From NCBI RefSeq assembly GCF_004010195.1, contig NC_057718.1, positions 37,366,006-37,430,005 of the forward strand: DNA of 64,000 nt, given 5' to 3'. Below are positions 38,428-52,068 of the stretch, in pieces. A program made the translations under genes and the position numbers. The first letter of the stretch is position 1; the number at the start of each line of letters is the position of its first letter. Under the pieces are notes generated by a model. The model ran no database searches. It was not told the origin of the DNA and saw nothing but the letters and a program-made list of their open reading frames with translations. The DNA comes from Chiloscyllium plagiosum (lineage: Eukaryota).

Positions 38428-41066
38428 GGGAGGTGAAGGCCGAGTGGTATTATCACCAGCCAACCAATGCAAAAACTCACCTAATGTTCTGGGGTGAAAA
38501 ACAGAAATAGCTGGAATAACTCAGCAGGTCTAAAATAAGAGCTCTTAAGAAGGATAACTGGACCTGAAATATGAACACTGCTTTCTCTCCAAGAGTCTAG
38601 ATTAGAGTGGTGCTGGAAAAGCACAGCAGGTCAGGCAGCATCCGAGGAGCAGGAAAATGGATACTGCCAGACCTGCTGAGTAAGTCCAGCCATTTCTGAT
38701 TTTGTTGCAGATTACCTGCATTCACAGTTTTTTTTTAATGTTCTGGGAATTCAGGTGCAAGTCCAACCACAGTAGATGGTAGAATTTGAATTCAACAAAT
38801 ATCTGGAATTAAAAATCAAATGATGACCATAAAATCATTGCCAATTGTTGGGAAAACCCATCTGGTTACTACTGTTCTTCAGGGAAGAAAATCTGCTGTC
38901 CTCATTTGGTTTGGCCTACATGTAACGCCAAATCCACATCAAAGTGGTTGACCCTCAACTAACCTCTAAAATGGCCCAGAAAGCCACTAGGTGGTGTTAT
39001 TCAGCCACAAAGTCTCAACAAAGAAACAAAACTAGACCAACATGACATTGACCAAGGCAGCGGAAACTACAACAGCAAAAAAAGTTCTGTTAACTCTGCA
39101 AAGATGTCCTTCCTAACATCTGGGGCTTAGTGCCAAAATTGGGAGAGCTGTCTCACAGACTAGGCAAACATCAGCCTGGCCTTATCTGCAAGGTATGATT
39201 CTGAGAGTATGACAATGTCCCAGACATCACTAGCCCTGGATATGTCCTGTCCCCAGCAACAGGGCAGATCTGACAGAGGTGGCAGCATAATGGTATACAG
39301 TCAGGAGGGAATTGCTCTGAGAGTCTTCAATATTGACTCCAGACCCCATGAAGTCTTGTGGCATCAGATTAAGCATGAGCAAAGAAACTTCCTGCTGATT
39401 ACTATGTACTCTCCTCCCACAATATTCCTCCATGTGGCACAATACTTAGAGGAAGCACTGAGGATGGCAAAGGCACAAAATGCCCCTTGGGCGGGGGTTT
39501 CAACATCCACCATGAAGACTGCTTCAGCAACAATACTACAGATTGAGCTGGTCAGGTCCTAAAGGGGAGAGTTTGTTAGACTGGGTCTGAGGTACCAACA
39601 AGAGGGAAAAACATATTTGACCTCATCCTCACCATGCAGATGCATCTGTCCATGATGATATCAGTAAGAGTGACACTGCACAGTCCTTGTGGAGATAAAA
39701 TCCCATATTCACTTTGAGAATATCCTCCATTGTGTCATGTGGCTCTATCTCTGTGCTAAATGGGACAGGCTTCAAACAAATCCATCAACTCAAACTGGGC
39801 ATGTATGAAGCACTGTGGGCCATCAAAAGCAGCAGAATTGTACTCCAGCACAATCTGCAATCTCATAGCCGTCATATCCCCTACTCAATAATTACTATCT
39901 CACCAGGGGATCAACAATGCTTCAATCAGTGCAAGAGGGCATGCCAGGAGCAGCTCCAGGCTTATCTGAAGATGAAGTGTCAACCTGGTGAAGCCACCAA
40001 ACAGGACTACTGAACATTATAAGCAGCAAGTGATTGAAAGAATTGCATTCGTCCGAGTGAGGCATCGAGGAGCCCTGGCAAAATTGGAATCGATGGGTTT
40101 CACACAGCAAACTCTCCACTGGTTGGAGTCATACCTGACACATAGAAAGATGGCTGTGGAGGTTGGAGGCCAGTCATTTCAGTTCCAGGTTATCACTACA
40201 GGAGTTCCTCAGGGTAGTGTCCTAGGTCCAACCATCTTCAGCTGCTTCATCAATGACCTTCCCTCCACCACAAGGTCAGAAGTGGGAATGTTTGCTGATG
40301 ATTGCACAATGTTCAGCACCATTCATAACTCCTCAGATACTGAAGCAGTCCATGTTCAAATGCAAAAAGATCTGGACAATATCCAGACCTATCCTGAAAA
40401 GTGGCAAGTAATATTCACAGCACATAAATGCCAGGCAATGACTATTTCCAAGAAAAGACAATCTAATTACTGCCCCTTGACATTCAATGATGTTACATTC
40501 ATTGAATTCCCCTTTATCAAAATCCCGGGGATTACCATTGACTGAAAACTCAACTGGATTCCTCAATAAACACAGTGGCTACAGGAGAACGTCAGAGGCT
40601 TGGAATACTGCAGCGAGTAACTCACCTCCTGACTCCCCAGAGCCCATCCACCATCTCCAAGGCACAAGTCAGCAGTGTGATGGAATACTCCACACTTGTC
40701 TATATAAATGCAACTCCAAGGATGTTCAAAAAGCTCAACATCATCCACATCAAAGCAGCACATATAATTGGCATTACATCCACAAATATACACTCCCTCC
40801 ACCAGAGATGCTCAATAGCAGCAGTGTGTACTATCTACAAGAAGCACTGCAGGAATTCACCAAAGATCCTGAGATGGCACCTTCCAAACCCATGATCACT
40901 TCCATCTAGATGGACAAAGGCAACAGATACATTGGGACAGCATCCACTCCCTTTACCACATATTCCTGCCAAATCACTCACCATCCTGACATGGAAATAA
41001 ATTGCTATTTCTTTATTGTCGCTGCGTCAAAACCATGGAATTCCCTCCCTACAGCACACGGACTGA
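38428..41066 (+). mobile_element. CR1/L2-group LINE with tRNA-like (S1 SINE) 5' end; endonuclease plus RT relic, internal deletion near 40035
   Basis: S1 head/body 38428-38966 continues into APE start NIWGLVPKLGELSHRL (39116); TRGKNIFDLILT; RT GVPQGSVLGPTIFSCFINDLP...MFADD. Confidence 0.85.
38494..38735. mobile_element. Nested PLE pseudo-LTR pieces inserted between the A and B boxes of the LINE head
   Basis: 12-bp TSD TAATGTTCTGGG at 38482-38493 and 38736-38747. Confidence 0.85.
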
Positions 41067-43129
41067 ATGTGAGCATTAAACTTGTCAACACAAATGTAGA
41101 GAGGGGGATACAACTGGAGAAGCTCTACCTTCACTGCAGATAGCTGATAAAGAAGATGTGATATCATCAATGTACAGAGTACAGAGCAATTGTCAGTTCC
41201 AAAGGTCCATCGTTCCCCTAAAACAGCAATAGATCAGCAATAACAATTACCACAGCACACTGCTGTTTATGGGAATGGCATGTCCCAGAGAAGGAATATC
41301 ACCCCAGGAACAAACAGATGAATAGCCAAAAAATAAAATGCGCACACATACAATTAGAAGACCTGGATGCTTTAAAGATTGTGTGTGCAAAGAATGCATA
41401 TAAACTGAGGACATACTGGAATGAGCAAGCAATTTCTCATAATTTACTTTATAGATCATGTATATTGGGTAGCTCATTGCTACAAATGATAGTATATGCA
41501 TTTTTTATTGTTCTTTATGTAGAGGAGGTTATTTCATGAAATTAATTTGCACACTATATATTGTGACTTGCCATAAGACTTCTGTTGTAGTTGTTTTCAG
41601 GTTAGAAGGAGAAACCATTAAAAGCCTACATGTGGAATAAGACCTGACACAGGAAGGCTATCTCCAGGCAATTAAATTGACCTTGCAACATATAGAAACT
41701 TAGAAATCAACTGTAAAATCCCAGTGGGCCTATTTTACGTGGTCTCGTAGCACCTAATGACTGTGGTTGGCTACCCACCAAGTAGCCCTCCATTCTCCAG
41801 AGATTGCAGGAGGCAGGGAACTGGCCCACAGACTGGCAGTGCTATTTGTAACTCCCACCTGTCTCTACTCCTGACATTGGTTTAAACTAGTCTGCCAGAT
41901 TTCTGCCTAAAAGAATGGGTTTATATCCATCTATTACACTGGAGGAAGTCCTATTTTTGAATTAGAAACATATGGGTAGATTTATACCACAGTTGGTACT
42001 GCTGCTGTGCCTACTGTCACACTTACTTATGAAGCGGGGGGCGTGGGGAAGCCTGCCCCTGGGGTGAATATTACATTCGACATGTTTCCGAAAATCCAGT
42101 TGACTTCAATAGGGCATCTATTGCCGTTTTAGAATTGCACTTCCTGACTATTTTTACTTGTGGAGAAAGTGAGGACTGCAGATGCTGGAGATCAGAGCTG
42201 AAAATGTGTTGCTGGAAAAGCGCAGCAGGTCAGGCAGCATCCAAGGAACAGGAGAATCAACGTTTCGGGCATAAGCCCTTCTTCAGGAATGAGGAAAGTG
42301 TGTCCAGCAGGCTAAGAAGACCAACCTTCTGTGATTCATGCACAAGCATACCCAGATCCCTCTGCACATGCTTCAATCTTTTACCATTTAATAATAGTCC
42401 TTTTTACTGTCATTCTGACCAAAATAGATGACTTCACAGTTATTAATATTGTATTCCATCTGCCAGAGCTTTGCCCATTCACTTAAAGTATCTGTGTTCT
42501 CTCCAAAGTTTCACAGTCCTCTGCACACTTTGCTCTACCACTCATCTTAGTGTTGTCTGCAAACTTTGGCACCATACATGAGGTCAAAATCTTCGAGGAG
42601 AAAGTGAGGACTGCCGATGCTGGAGATCAGAGCTGAAAATGTGTTGCTGGTTGGGTTGGGTTGGTGGGGGGTGTGGATCTGACGAGGGAGTCACGGAGGG
42701 AGTGGTCTTTTCGGAACGCTGATAGGGGAGGGGAGGGAAATATATCCCTGGTGGTGGGGTCCGTTTGGAGGTGGTGGAAATGATGGCGGATGATCCGCTG
42801 TACATGGAGGTTGGTGGGGTGGTAGGTGAGGACCATTGGGTATCTGTCCTGGTGGCGGTTGGAGGAGCAGGGCTCAAGGGCGGAGGAGCAGGAAGTGGTC
42901 CTCCTGGGAGCAGATGCGGCGGAGACGAAGGAATTGGGAATATGGGATGGCGTTTTTACAGGGGGCAGGGTGGGAGGAGGTGTAGTCTAGGTAGCTGTGG
43001 GAATCGGTCGGTTTATAGTAAATGTCCGTGTTGATTCGGTCGCCCGAGATAGAAATGGAAAGGTCTCAGAAGGGTAGGGAGGAGTTTGAGACGGTCCAGG
43101 TGAATCTGAGGTCGGGGTGGAAGGTAGAT

Positions 43130-44025
43130 CAAGTTACGGATATAGGAAGTGATGAATAAATATATTCCTCTGAGACAGGCAAGAAGGGATAAGATAAAGG
43201 AATCTTGGATGACGAGAGCGATGGAGCTTCTCGTCAAAAGGAAGAAGGTAGCTTACATAAGGTGGAGGAATCTAGGGTCAAGCTCAGCTCTAGAGGATTA
43301 CAGGCAGGCGAGGAAGGAGCTCAAAAATAGTCTGAGGAGAGCCAGGAGGGGGCACGAGAAAGGCTTGGCAGAATGGATTAGGGAGAACACAAAGGCATTT
43401 TACACTTATGTGAGGAATAAGAGAATGGTCAAAGAAAGAGGAGGGCTGATCAGGGATAGCATAGGGAACTTGTGTGTGGAGTCTGAGGAGATAGGGGAAG
43501 TCCTAAACGAGTTTTTTGCTTCTGTCTTTACGAAAGAAATGAACTTTGTAGTGAATGAAACCTTTGAAGAGCAGGTGTGCATGCTGGAATGGATAGAGAT
43601 AGAGGAAGCTGATGTGCTGAAAATTTTGTCAAACATTAAGATTGACAAGTCGCCAGGCCCGGACCTGATTTGTCCTCGGCTGCTTTGGGAAATGAGAAAT
43701 GCGATTGCTTCGCCACTTGCGAAGATCTTTGCATCCTCGCTCTCCACTGGAGTCGTACCTGAGGACTGGAGAGAGGCAAATGTAATTCCTCTCTTCAAGA
43801 AAGGAAATAAGGAAATCCCCGGCAATTACAGACCAGTAAGCAAGGTGTTAGAAAGGATTCTGAGGGATAGGATTTATGACCATCTGGAAGAGCATGGTTT
43901 GATTAAATGCAGTCAACAGGGCTTTGTGAGGGGCAAGCCATGCCTCACAAACCTTATCGAGTTCTTTGAGGATGTGACTAGAAAAGTTGATGCTGTGGAT
44001 GTGGTGTATATGGATTTCAGCAAGT
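43130..44025 (+). mobile_element. CR1 ORF2 internal fragment (linker to RT domain 3), 292 aa open
   Basis: KSPGPDLICPRLL, PEDWREANVIPLFKKG, GNYRPVS, CLTNLIEFFE, VYMDFSK. Confidence 0.92.
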
Positions 44026-44562
44026 AGGCGGCCTGTCACCCCACTCCCTCGCGACTCCCTCGTCAGATCCACACCCCCCCACCAACCCAACCTCCACTCC
44101 CAGCACCTTCCCCTGCAACCGCTAGAAATGCAAAACTTGCGCCCACACCTCCCCCCTCACTTCCCTCCAAGGCCTCAAGGGATCCTTCCATATCCATCAC
44201 AAATTCACCTGCACCTCCACATACATCATTTACTGCATCCGCTGCACCCGATGTGGCCTCCTATACATTGGGGAGACAGACCGCCTACTTGCGGAACATT
44301 TCAGAGAATACCTCTGGGACACCCGCACCAACCAACCCAACCGCCCCGTGGCTGAANNNNNNNNNNNNNNNNNNNNNNNNNNNNNNNNNNNNNNNNNNNN
44401 NNNTTCTTGACCTGCAATCTTCTTCCCGACCTCTCCGCCCCCACCCCCTCTCCGGCCTATCACCCTCACCTTAACCTCCTTCCACCTATCGTATTCCCAG
44501 TGCCCCTCCCCCAAGTCCCTCCTCCCTACCTTTTATCTTAGCCTGCTTGGCACACTCTCCTC

Positions 44563-44598
44563 ATTCCTGAAGAAGGGCTTATGCCCGAAACGTCGATA
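44563..44598 (+). ncRNA. Minimal type I hammerhead ribozyme in PLE pseudo-LTR
   Basis: ATTC-CTGAAGA-A-GGGC-TTAT-GCCC-GAAA-C-GTC-GA: intact CUGANGA and GAAA boxes, stem II, GUC triplet. Confidence 0.75.
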
Positions 44599-46286
44599 CT
44601 CCTGTTCCTTTGATGCTGCCTGACCTGCTGTGCTTTTCCAGCAAAACATTTTTAAACTCTAGTACCTGACTCTGAATGAGATGGTACGAAAGTCAAGGAT
44701 TGTTCATGTGTAAATAAAGAGTGACTTGGTGACTGGCCTCTGTGGAGTTATTTCAGCTAGTTACTTAAGGTTATTTGCAATGAGTTAACACGTCATACTA
44801 TCTATCATGAGTTGGCATTGCAGTGACCTTTGTGAACTAGTATTGTGCTGCCTACTGTCAGTTAGCAACTTGGGGTTCACGGCACTTGTAAGTAACTCAA
44901 AGACTCCTTTATGAGTTCAAAACTTGATGTCTAACAAGGAGTAAAATCTCATGATATTTGCCATATGTTTGCATCTGAAGGCTGTCATCATGAGTTAGTA
45001 TCTAAGGGCTAGCTGTTGAAGAATTATCATCTCAGGTCTGCCTCTGATGATTTCATGTCTGGTAGATTGCTACTCTCATTTTCTTCAATTCATCTGTCAT
45101 TTTTCAGTAACTGCTAGGTCAGAGACCAAAGCAATCAATTTGAATTGAGAAGAAACAAGAAAAATGTCAGATCTCTAGCTCCTCCTCACAGATTCTAACG
45201 CCTGTCAGGGGGAGGTGGAAAGCTAACATCGGTCATCTTAATTCACTGACATTACACTTCTGGTTGGCTGATCTCAACATTGTACTGAATTAAACTGATA
45301 CCAGCAGCAGCCCGAAGAGAAAGAGGAGTTAGATAAAGCAAGTAACTGTTTAAAGGCACAAACAGACAAGTGGTTTGTAATGTTGACAAAACTAGTTTCA
45401 ACTGTGTATTACAATCAGGTGAGTACTGATAAATGAGCTCTACATCCTCCTCAATATCCTGATCTTACCCTCCCCCCTCTATTCCTTGATCCTTTAGCCA
45501 CAATAGCTATATCTAACTCCTTCTTGGAAACAAAGTAGCACCTTTTATTGTAATGCCATTGCCAGGACATTTTGTGCAGAGATTGACACCCAGCTCATGA
45601 ACTGGACAATGTACAGTTTTGGGCTCCTTGCTTGCTCTCTAAGTGTTCATTCACTATGAACTTGGTTGGATGCTCACAGCATCTCTGCCTTGCCTTAATG
45701 TCTGTTTGTACTTTGGGCCTCAGCCAGAGCTTAAAAGTTCACAGTACTTCTGTTTGCCTTGCCTTTCAGCGCAGATGCAAAGCTCGGCACTTCATTACAT
45801 AAATATTACTCTTGTTCCAGATGCTTACATGGCAAACACACTGCATTGTGCTCCAAGCAAAAGGCAGTATCTCAAAGTGTGAGGTAAGTAGTCTTTGGTC
45901 AAGCCAAGGATATCAGCCATCAGTCAAGGGCAGCATCCCATTTCAATTCAGGAGCTTGGACAAGCTCACAGGGTCAGTCAGGATCAGAATTCTGTTTCAC
46001 TGCAGTGCTGAGAGTGGGACAAATTCAGCACTGAAGGTCTCATGCAACAAGTATGGGGAATTATGGTCAGTCAGGCAGGGAGCTGTGCAGAAATCAGTCA
46101 GGAGTCCAGATACTCTTTAGTCAGAGCTGTCCATCCAAGTCAGTCACTGGGGGACGGGGGAATGGGACAGGGGTGGGGGGAACAGGATAGAAGATGGGAA
46201 GGGTGGACATGGCATGGGCAATAGTCAGTCCTGGGATTTAACTGAACGAAAGTCACCAGGAGCCATTGCTGTGAATAGGACATGGA

Positions 46287-46437
46287 TTTGGAGACGCCGG
46301 TGTTGGACTGGGGTGTACAAAGTTAAAAATCGCACAACACCAGGTTATAGTCCAACAGGTTTATTTGGAAGCACTAGCTTTCGGAGCACTGCTCCTTCAT
46401 CAGGCGGACTATAACCTGGTGTTGTGTAATTTTTAAC
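46287..46437. mobile_element. PLE family B inverted mini-insertion with hammerhead (46372-46407, minus)
   Basis: 32-bp inverted arms 46322-46353 / 46406-46437; CTGATGA-AGGAGC-AGT-GCTCC-GAAA-GC-TA. Confidence 0.8.
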
Positions 46438-47689
46438 ATTGGGAAATTGAGAAAGCCATTAATGAGGATTGGAACGAGCATGCTGAGCTGCAGAGGGACA
46501 GCAATTGTGAAAGGGGAAGCTCAGTATGTAAGTAGAGGAGAAGATAATGCATTTGATCACAAGAGTAGCTATGGGAGGGGAGTGCAGTAACCACCTTGAC
46601 TTTGGTGGGTGGTGGAGCATGATGGTTGGCAATAGCTAAGCTGCAGATGTGGGACTCAGATTATAATGTTGGGAAATAAAGACGTAAATGAAAGAGTTCA
46701 GTGGGAATGTATGGAAGCTGATGGGCTTGATAGGGTGTACAAGGAAGATAGAAACATGGATGTTCAGGGGGCTACTTAATTTCCAGGCTAAGCCTGTGAC
46801 TCACTGTGTCAAGTGAGACCAACACTACATTCCATACTCAGATGATTTGTGAATGTACAATGGAAATGGAAAATGGCTGTGACTACAGATGGAGTGGAAT
46901 CAGTGTTTATTGATCTGTCTGAGCTCACAAACTCTATTTGTAAGTGATGTGGGGCCCTTTAAGGGGCAACTGGATTCAACAGACACTTACACAAGACAGA
47001 CTGAAGCCATCTGTAACTATAATCCCCTGAGTGTAAAAGCACGTAGTGTTCAACAGTGTGGAATACAGATCCTGCCACAAGCAATCTTGACCATGCCATT
47101 GATCATTACAGAGTGATTGTAGTTATCTCTGTGAAATTAAAATAAACACAGGTGACCTTAAAAATCTTCCCTGTAGGCCGCAATTTACAAAGGTAACGCA
47201 TAATCTCTGAGGCTGTACAAGGGCATGGAGCTGATTTGCTCTCAATTTAAATTGTCAACATTTGCCAACACGCTCTTCTATACAATTCCACCTTTCTTGG
47301 CTGATGTGGGAGGAACAAGGTACCAGGAGTCATTCAGCACTATTTGTGCTGCATAGATCAGCGTAAGGTTACAGGTCCATATCAAGCCAATCCATGGTGC
47401 TCCTGCCAGAGTCCTCTACGTCCCTCTGTACTGGAGATTATGCTAAACCATCACTTGTGTAAAATGTGAATCCTGTTTGAGTCTGTTCTGTTTCTGATAT
47501 TCCCTACACAGGATCACTGTAATTGTATCCAGTGGATCCAGCCACAGCAGGGGTTCTTGTTGCTGTTGCTGTGATGCAATGGAGGCAGGGGGAAGAGGAG
47601 GAGGAACAGATGAGCCAGCAAGCCCACTACCAGCAGCAACTTCCAGTGGCTGCCCAACTGCCTCCACACGAAGAGATCAGGAACTGCAG

Positions 47690-48172
47690 AACCTATCGTC
47701 CTTGATGTCATTTCCTTTGGGTAAATGAGGTGTGATATTGCCTCAGATGGAGGTTGTCCTGGGACAGTGTGACTGAGCCATCTGCAGGAGTAGGACCTGT
47801 GACCTGAAAGGCTGGTTGACCTTCCTATCCCAGTGGCTGTTCAAAGTGCTAACTGGTCGTGCAAACCAGCTCCTTCCAAGGATGCACTGGGGACACATGT
47901 GGGATCTCTCAATCCTCAGCACTCAGAGGTATCAAGGCTATTACCGAGGCAATTTGTGCCAGATCACACGGCTTCACCTCACTTCCTTCTGACGGGGTCA
48001 GTGCCACAGTATGGGTAGTAGGATTTGCCTGCATTACCAGCCAATGATCCCCCAGATGTAGAATACTGAAGACTGTACGCACACTGTATTGAGAATGATA
48101 TTATCATAATAGAACTGACCTCTTCAACAGGAAATGGTTCCATTCCATCACTGTACAATTTGAATGCAATAC
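47690..48172 (+). pseudogene. Second HARBI1-like transposase relic
   Basis: TSSFQGCTGDTCGISQSSALRGIKAITEAICAR; EDCTHTVLR; FNRKWFHSITVQFEC. Confidence 0.85.
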
Positions 48173-49136
48173 AAAGCTGGAATAAAACATGTTAGCCTAA
48201 TTGTGACCATGCAGCCACTCTCAAAATGTGAGCTCTGCTTTCCCTCCTCAGATGCTGCCAGGCCTTCTGAGTTTCTCCAGCAATTTCTGTTTTTTTCATG
48301 TCTTTCAGACCTTTATGCTAATTACATTCCCTTTATTTATACAACCAGTTACTTCTGCAAAAATAATCTCTTCACAAAACAATTAATTGGTTGCCCTTGT
48401 TGAATCCAGACATTTCTAAATGCTTGAGTAAAATACAACAAATGCTGAAAATCTGAGGGTGAAACACAGAACGCTGGAAATACAGTACTCATTAGTTTTG
48501 AATGTTTGCTGATTTTATCTCAAAATAAATATCAAAGACCTTTCCTACAATTGATGAACTACTCCATAACTATCTGATATAATGGCACTTCTTGAACCTT
48601 TGAAAGAGGTTTTTTATAAATAATTTGTTTGTACATGTTGTTTTGTTCTGTGCTGTAATAGAAAAAGAGTACTAAAAATACAGCTCAATTGACATCTGAA
48701 ACAGAATAAGAATTTTAATAAATAGGAAAAGGCCAATAAAATGTCAAACCCTTTTAGTCTTTATTAACTTACCTTCTCCTGTCATCCCTAATTAAGGTCC
48801 TTGTGAGCCGTCCTCCCATGTAGAATATTAAAAACAGCATCTTCACATGCACTGAAAGTAGGAAACACATAGTTGGAGAATCAAAATGCTTAAAATGTTT
48901 CATGTGCTAGTATGTCTGTGTTGTGGTATTTTGTCTAAAGGTTGCAGGCTTTGGCTGGAATGTGATTAAATGTTTTCCAACTGTGATTCTAAACATCATT
49001 TTACAAGCAATATTTTCCATTATGTCTTTTCTCTCATGCTCAACAAATATTAAATAACATTAATTTATTCAGCTCATAGATAGGTTCCAAACAATGCCAA
49101 TACTGGTATCTCTTTCAATTGGCCAATACTGAGATT

Positions 49137-49287
49137 CTGGATTAGAGTGGTGCTGGAAAAGCACAGCAGTTCAGGCAGCATCCGAGGAGCAGGAAAATCG
49201 AAGTTTCGGGCAAAAGCCCTTCATCAGGAATACAGGCAGAGTGCCTGAAGGCTGAAGAGATAGCAGCATCTGCAGTCATTGTTTTTA
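49137..49287. mobile_element. PLE pseudo-LTR mini-insertion
   Basis: TSD CA(A/G)TACTGAGATT at 49124-49136 and 49288-49300; hammerhead with a stem III mutation at 49196-49231 (minus). Confidence 0.8.
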
Positions 49288-51414
49288 CAGTACTGAGATT
49301 GGAAACTATAATAGTTTTGTATTAAAAAGGCATCCCCCAAGTTTGCTTTCAATTGAAGATCATCTCTTCATTTCATTGCAATTTTTCAAAGCTCACAGAA
49401 CTGAGGAAAAATTGGCCATTCAGTCCAATCATTGTACTCCAGGATGGCCTGCACTCCACGTATTTTGGTTACTGCACCAGGACTGATGAAAGCAGATGTT
49501 TAAAAGTATATGCACAGCCATGAAATGAGAATTATTTTCAGAATATACTCATGGGGCGAGGGCTGCTCTTTGTGCACTGCCAACAGGTAACAGAAAATCA
49601 TAGGTAATGCAATGCAAATTCAGAAAATTGTGCCTATATGAACAGTCAGATATCTGCTCAAAACTGTTCCTTCAGCAAACCATATGCAATGTGCCTATCA
49701 TGGACCTAGCCCAGACTCCTTTGGGAAGTGAATAATCAAAGGTTAAAGACTGTGGAAAATAAAACGCTGTGAAATGTCTCTCTGACCTCTAAAGGAAATT
49801 GAATAAAACTGTCAGAGTTCAGTACAACACTATGACTCATAGCACTCAACCCTGACAAGGTGCAGCCCATATATATCAGTACCCAACCCCCGCCCCAGAC
49901 CAATAACACAAAAATTCCACAATACTCAGTCATCTAGATCCATTCTTATCCCAGCGTTGAAAGATATTGTTGTATTTAAACAGTCATTTAATGTGGGATT
50001 GTTATATCTAAAAGAGCACATATTGTCACAGTTTAGTGAAGCAGAAATAACAGACAGATCTTGATGTCCTCCCTCAAGGTCCATTCAGACATGCTGGACC
50101 CCAGATGAGTGCACTACTGGCAGCAGCCACTGTCTTCCCAGTGGCACAGCTGAGCAAAGCACTGCTGTTGGAATCTCTTGGTGATTCTGAGGTCCCTGAG
50201 GTCCTTCAACCCAGGAAAGACATCTTGCCACCCAGTTAAGAACCTTATTTGCAGTAACAAGCCTTCCTCAAAGGAGGCAACACAGGGCTCATCAACTTTC
50301 CAGACAGCGGATGGATTCCCATCACCTCCATTAAACACTGACTGTCTTTTATCCCTGTTGTGGGATGCCCTACTATATGTGCCACTCAAAACAGCTGTAC
50401 AGAATCCATATTGAATAATTGTTACAGCTCAGTATAACCACAGCACAATTCTGGACCCAATCACATCTTTCGGAAAACAAGACCGACTGGGTGATTTGGA
50501 ATTAGAACTCCCTTTAAATATTAAAGAGAGCCCTGGAAACCAAATCCAAAGGAGCAACGTAAAAGGAGTGATGGGCCAGCTGAGGACCCATTCCAGGCCG
50601 TTCTGTTGGTGAAGACCAAGTGCACAATTCCCTCATTGCAGCACACACCTTTTGTGAACATGATAGTCTAATTCTTGATCTAAAGGCAGGGAAAATCTAC
50701 ATGGCTTTCCGAGTGATAAGCTTCAGATTAATGTGAACTCTCCATTTTTTTCCAAAGGCATTTCATTTTACAGACAACCATCCTGAGGAAATCATGGCAA
50801 CATACCGAGTAATTTAGAACTCCCAGAGCTGTCTGGTGATTCTTGTTTTGAAAAGGAGAGCTCAAATTTAAAATGAAAGGAATATAAATGCTAAAAGTAG
50901 ACAAGAGTGACTTGCACTTAAAAGAAATATAAACTGATATTTTGGATTTAATCAGCCAGCAGAATATTTTATTAAATGCCTACAAAGAAAGAATTTTTGC
51001 TTGCACCAATTCAATGTTCAGTTGTGTGTAAATTTGAGTTTTGACGTTTACAAAGAAAGTTATTGAAGATCTGGGCCCATATTTTTATGCAGTCATGACA
51101 ACTCCCCAGAATTTTATGAGTAGCAGGTGTATCCCAAAGGAGATAGGTTTTGGGGCGGGACTCACACATGAGAGGCACCTGAACATTGCTGAATTGTTTG
51201 AAGTTGGTACTGAGTTCAAACAGACCCCATTTTCACTGTAGAAAAGGCTCTAACTTGTTGTACGGCAGTCACAATTTTTAGAGTAGATGCAGATGCTCTT
51301 GAAAGATAAATAAGGTAGGTTCAACCATTATGATGTAGTTATTTAATTCTCCCCACCTTTAAAAAGGAACATACTGAATGCAGCTGTGAGAATTTTTTTA
51401 AAAAGTCCAGCAGT

Positions 51415-52068
51415 TAGTCATAGAGTTGTACAGCATGGAAACAGACCTTACAGTCCAACTCTTCCAGGCTGACCAGATATCCAAACCTAATCTAGTCCTA
51501 TTTACAGGATTTGGCCCATATCCTTCTAAACCCTTCTTATTCATATACTCATCTAGACGTCTTTTATATGTTGTAATTGGATCAGCCTCCAACACTTTCT
51601 CTGGCAGCTCATTCTATACACACACCATCCTCTGTGTGAAAAAGTTGCCCCTTAGGTCCCTTTTAAATCTTTCCCTTCTCACCTTAAACCTATGCCCCCT
51701 AGTTTTGGACTCTCCCACCCCAGGGCAAAGATCTTATCTATTTACCCAATCAATGCTCCTCATAATTTTATAAACCCCTTTAAGGTCCTCCCTCAGCCTC
51801 CAACATCTCAGGGAAAGCAGCCCCAGCCTATTCAGCCTTGCCCTGTAGTTCAATCCTTCTGATTGTGGCAACATCCTTGTAAATCTTTTCTGAACTCTTT
51901 CAAGTTTCACAACATTCTTCCTATTTAAGGGAGACAAGAATTGCACGCAGTATTTCAAAAGTGACCTAACCAATGTCTGCAACCTGATCTCCCAGCTCCT
52001 GTACTCAATACACTGACCAATAAAAACAAACATACCAAATGCCTTCTTTACTATTCTGTCTACCTGCA
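51415..52068 (-). mobile_element. HER1-like CR1 3' fragment
   Basis: QVDRIVKKAFGMFVFIGQCIEYRSW...LERVQKRFTRMLP; tail at 51415. Confidence 0.9.

Larger units (their letters stand above)
42161..44660. mobile_element. Composite PLE family A insertion bounded by inverted pseudo-LTRs
   Basis: pLTR(-) 42161-42316; partial pLTR plus ORF(-) 42588-43125; ORF(+) 44040-44356 with GIY-YIG IIYCIRCTRCGLLYIGET; gap 44357-44403; pLTR(+) 44404-44660. Confidence 0.85.

Noticed and set aside
43149..44027. 292-aa ORF as a host gene
   Set aside because: Internal CR1 ORF2 fragment ending in RT domain 3, without the catalytic YADD region
50060..50300. Third Myb/SANT-like relic (minus)
   Set aside because: Too degenerate to assign
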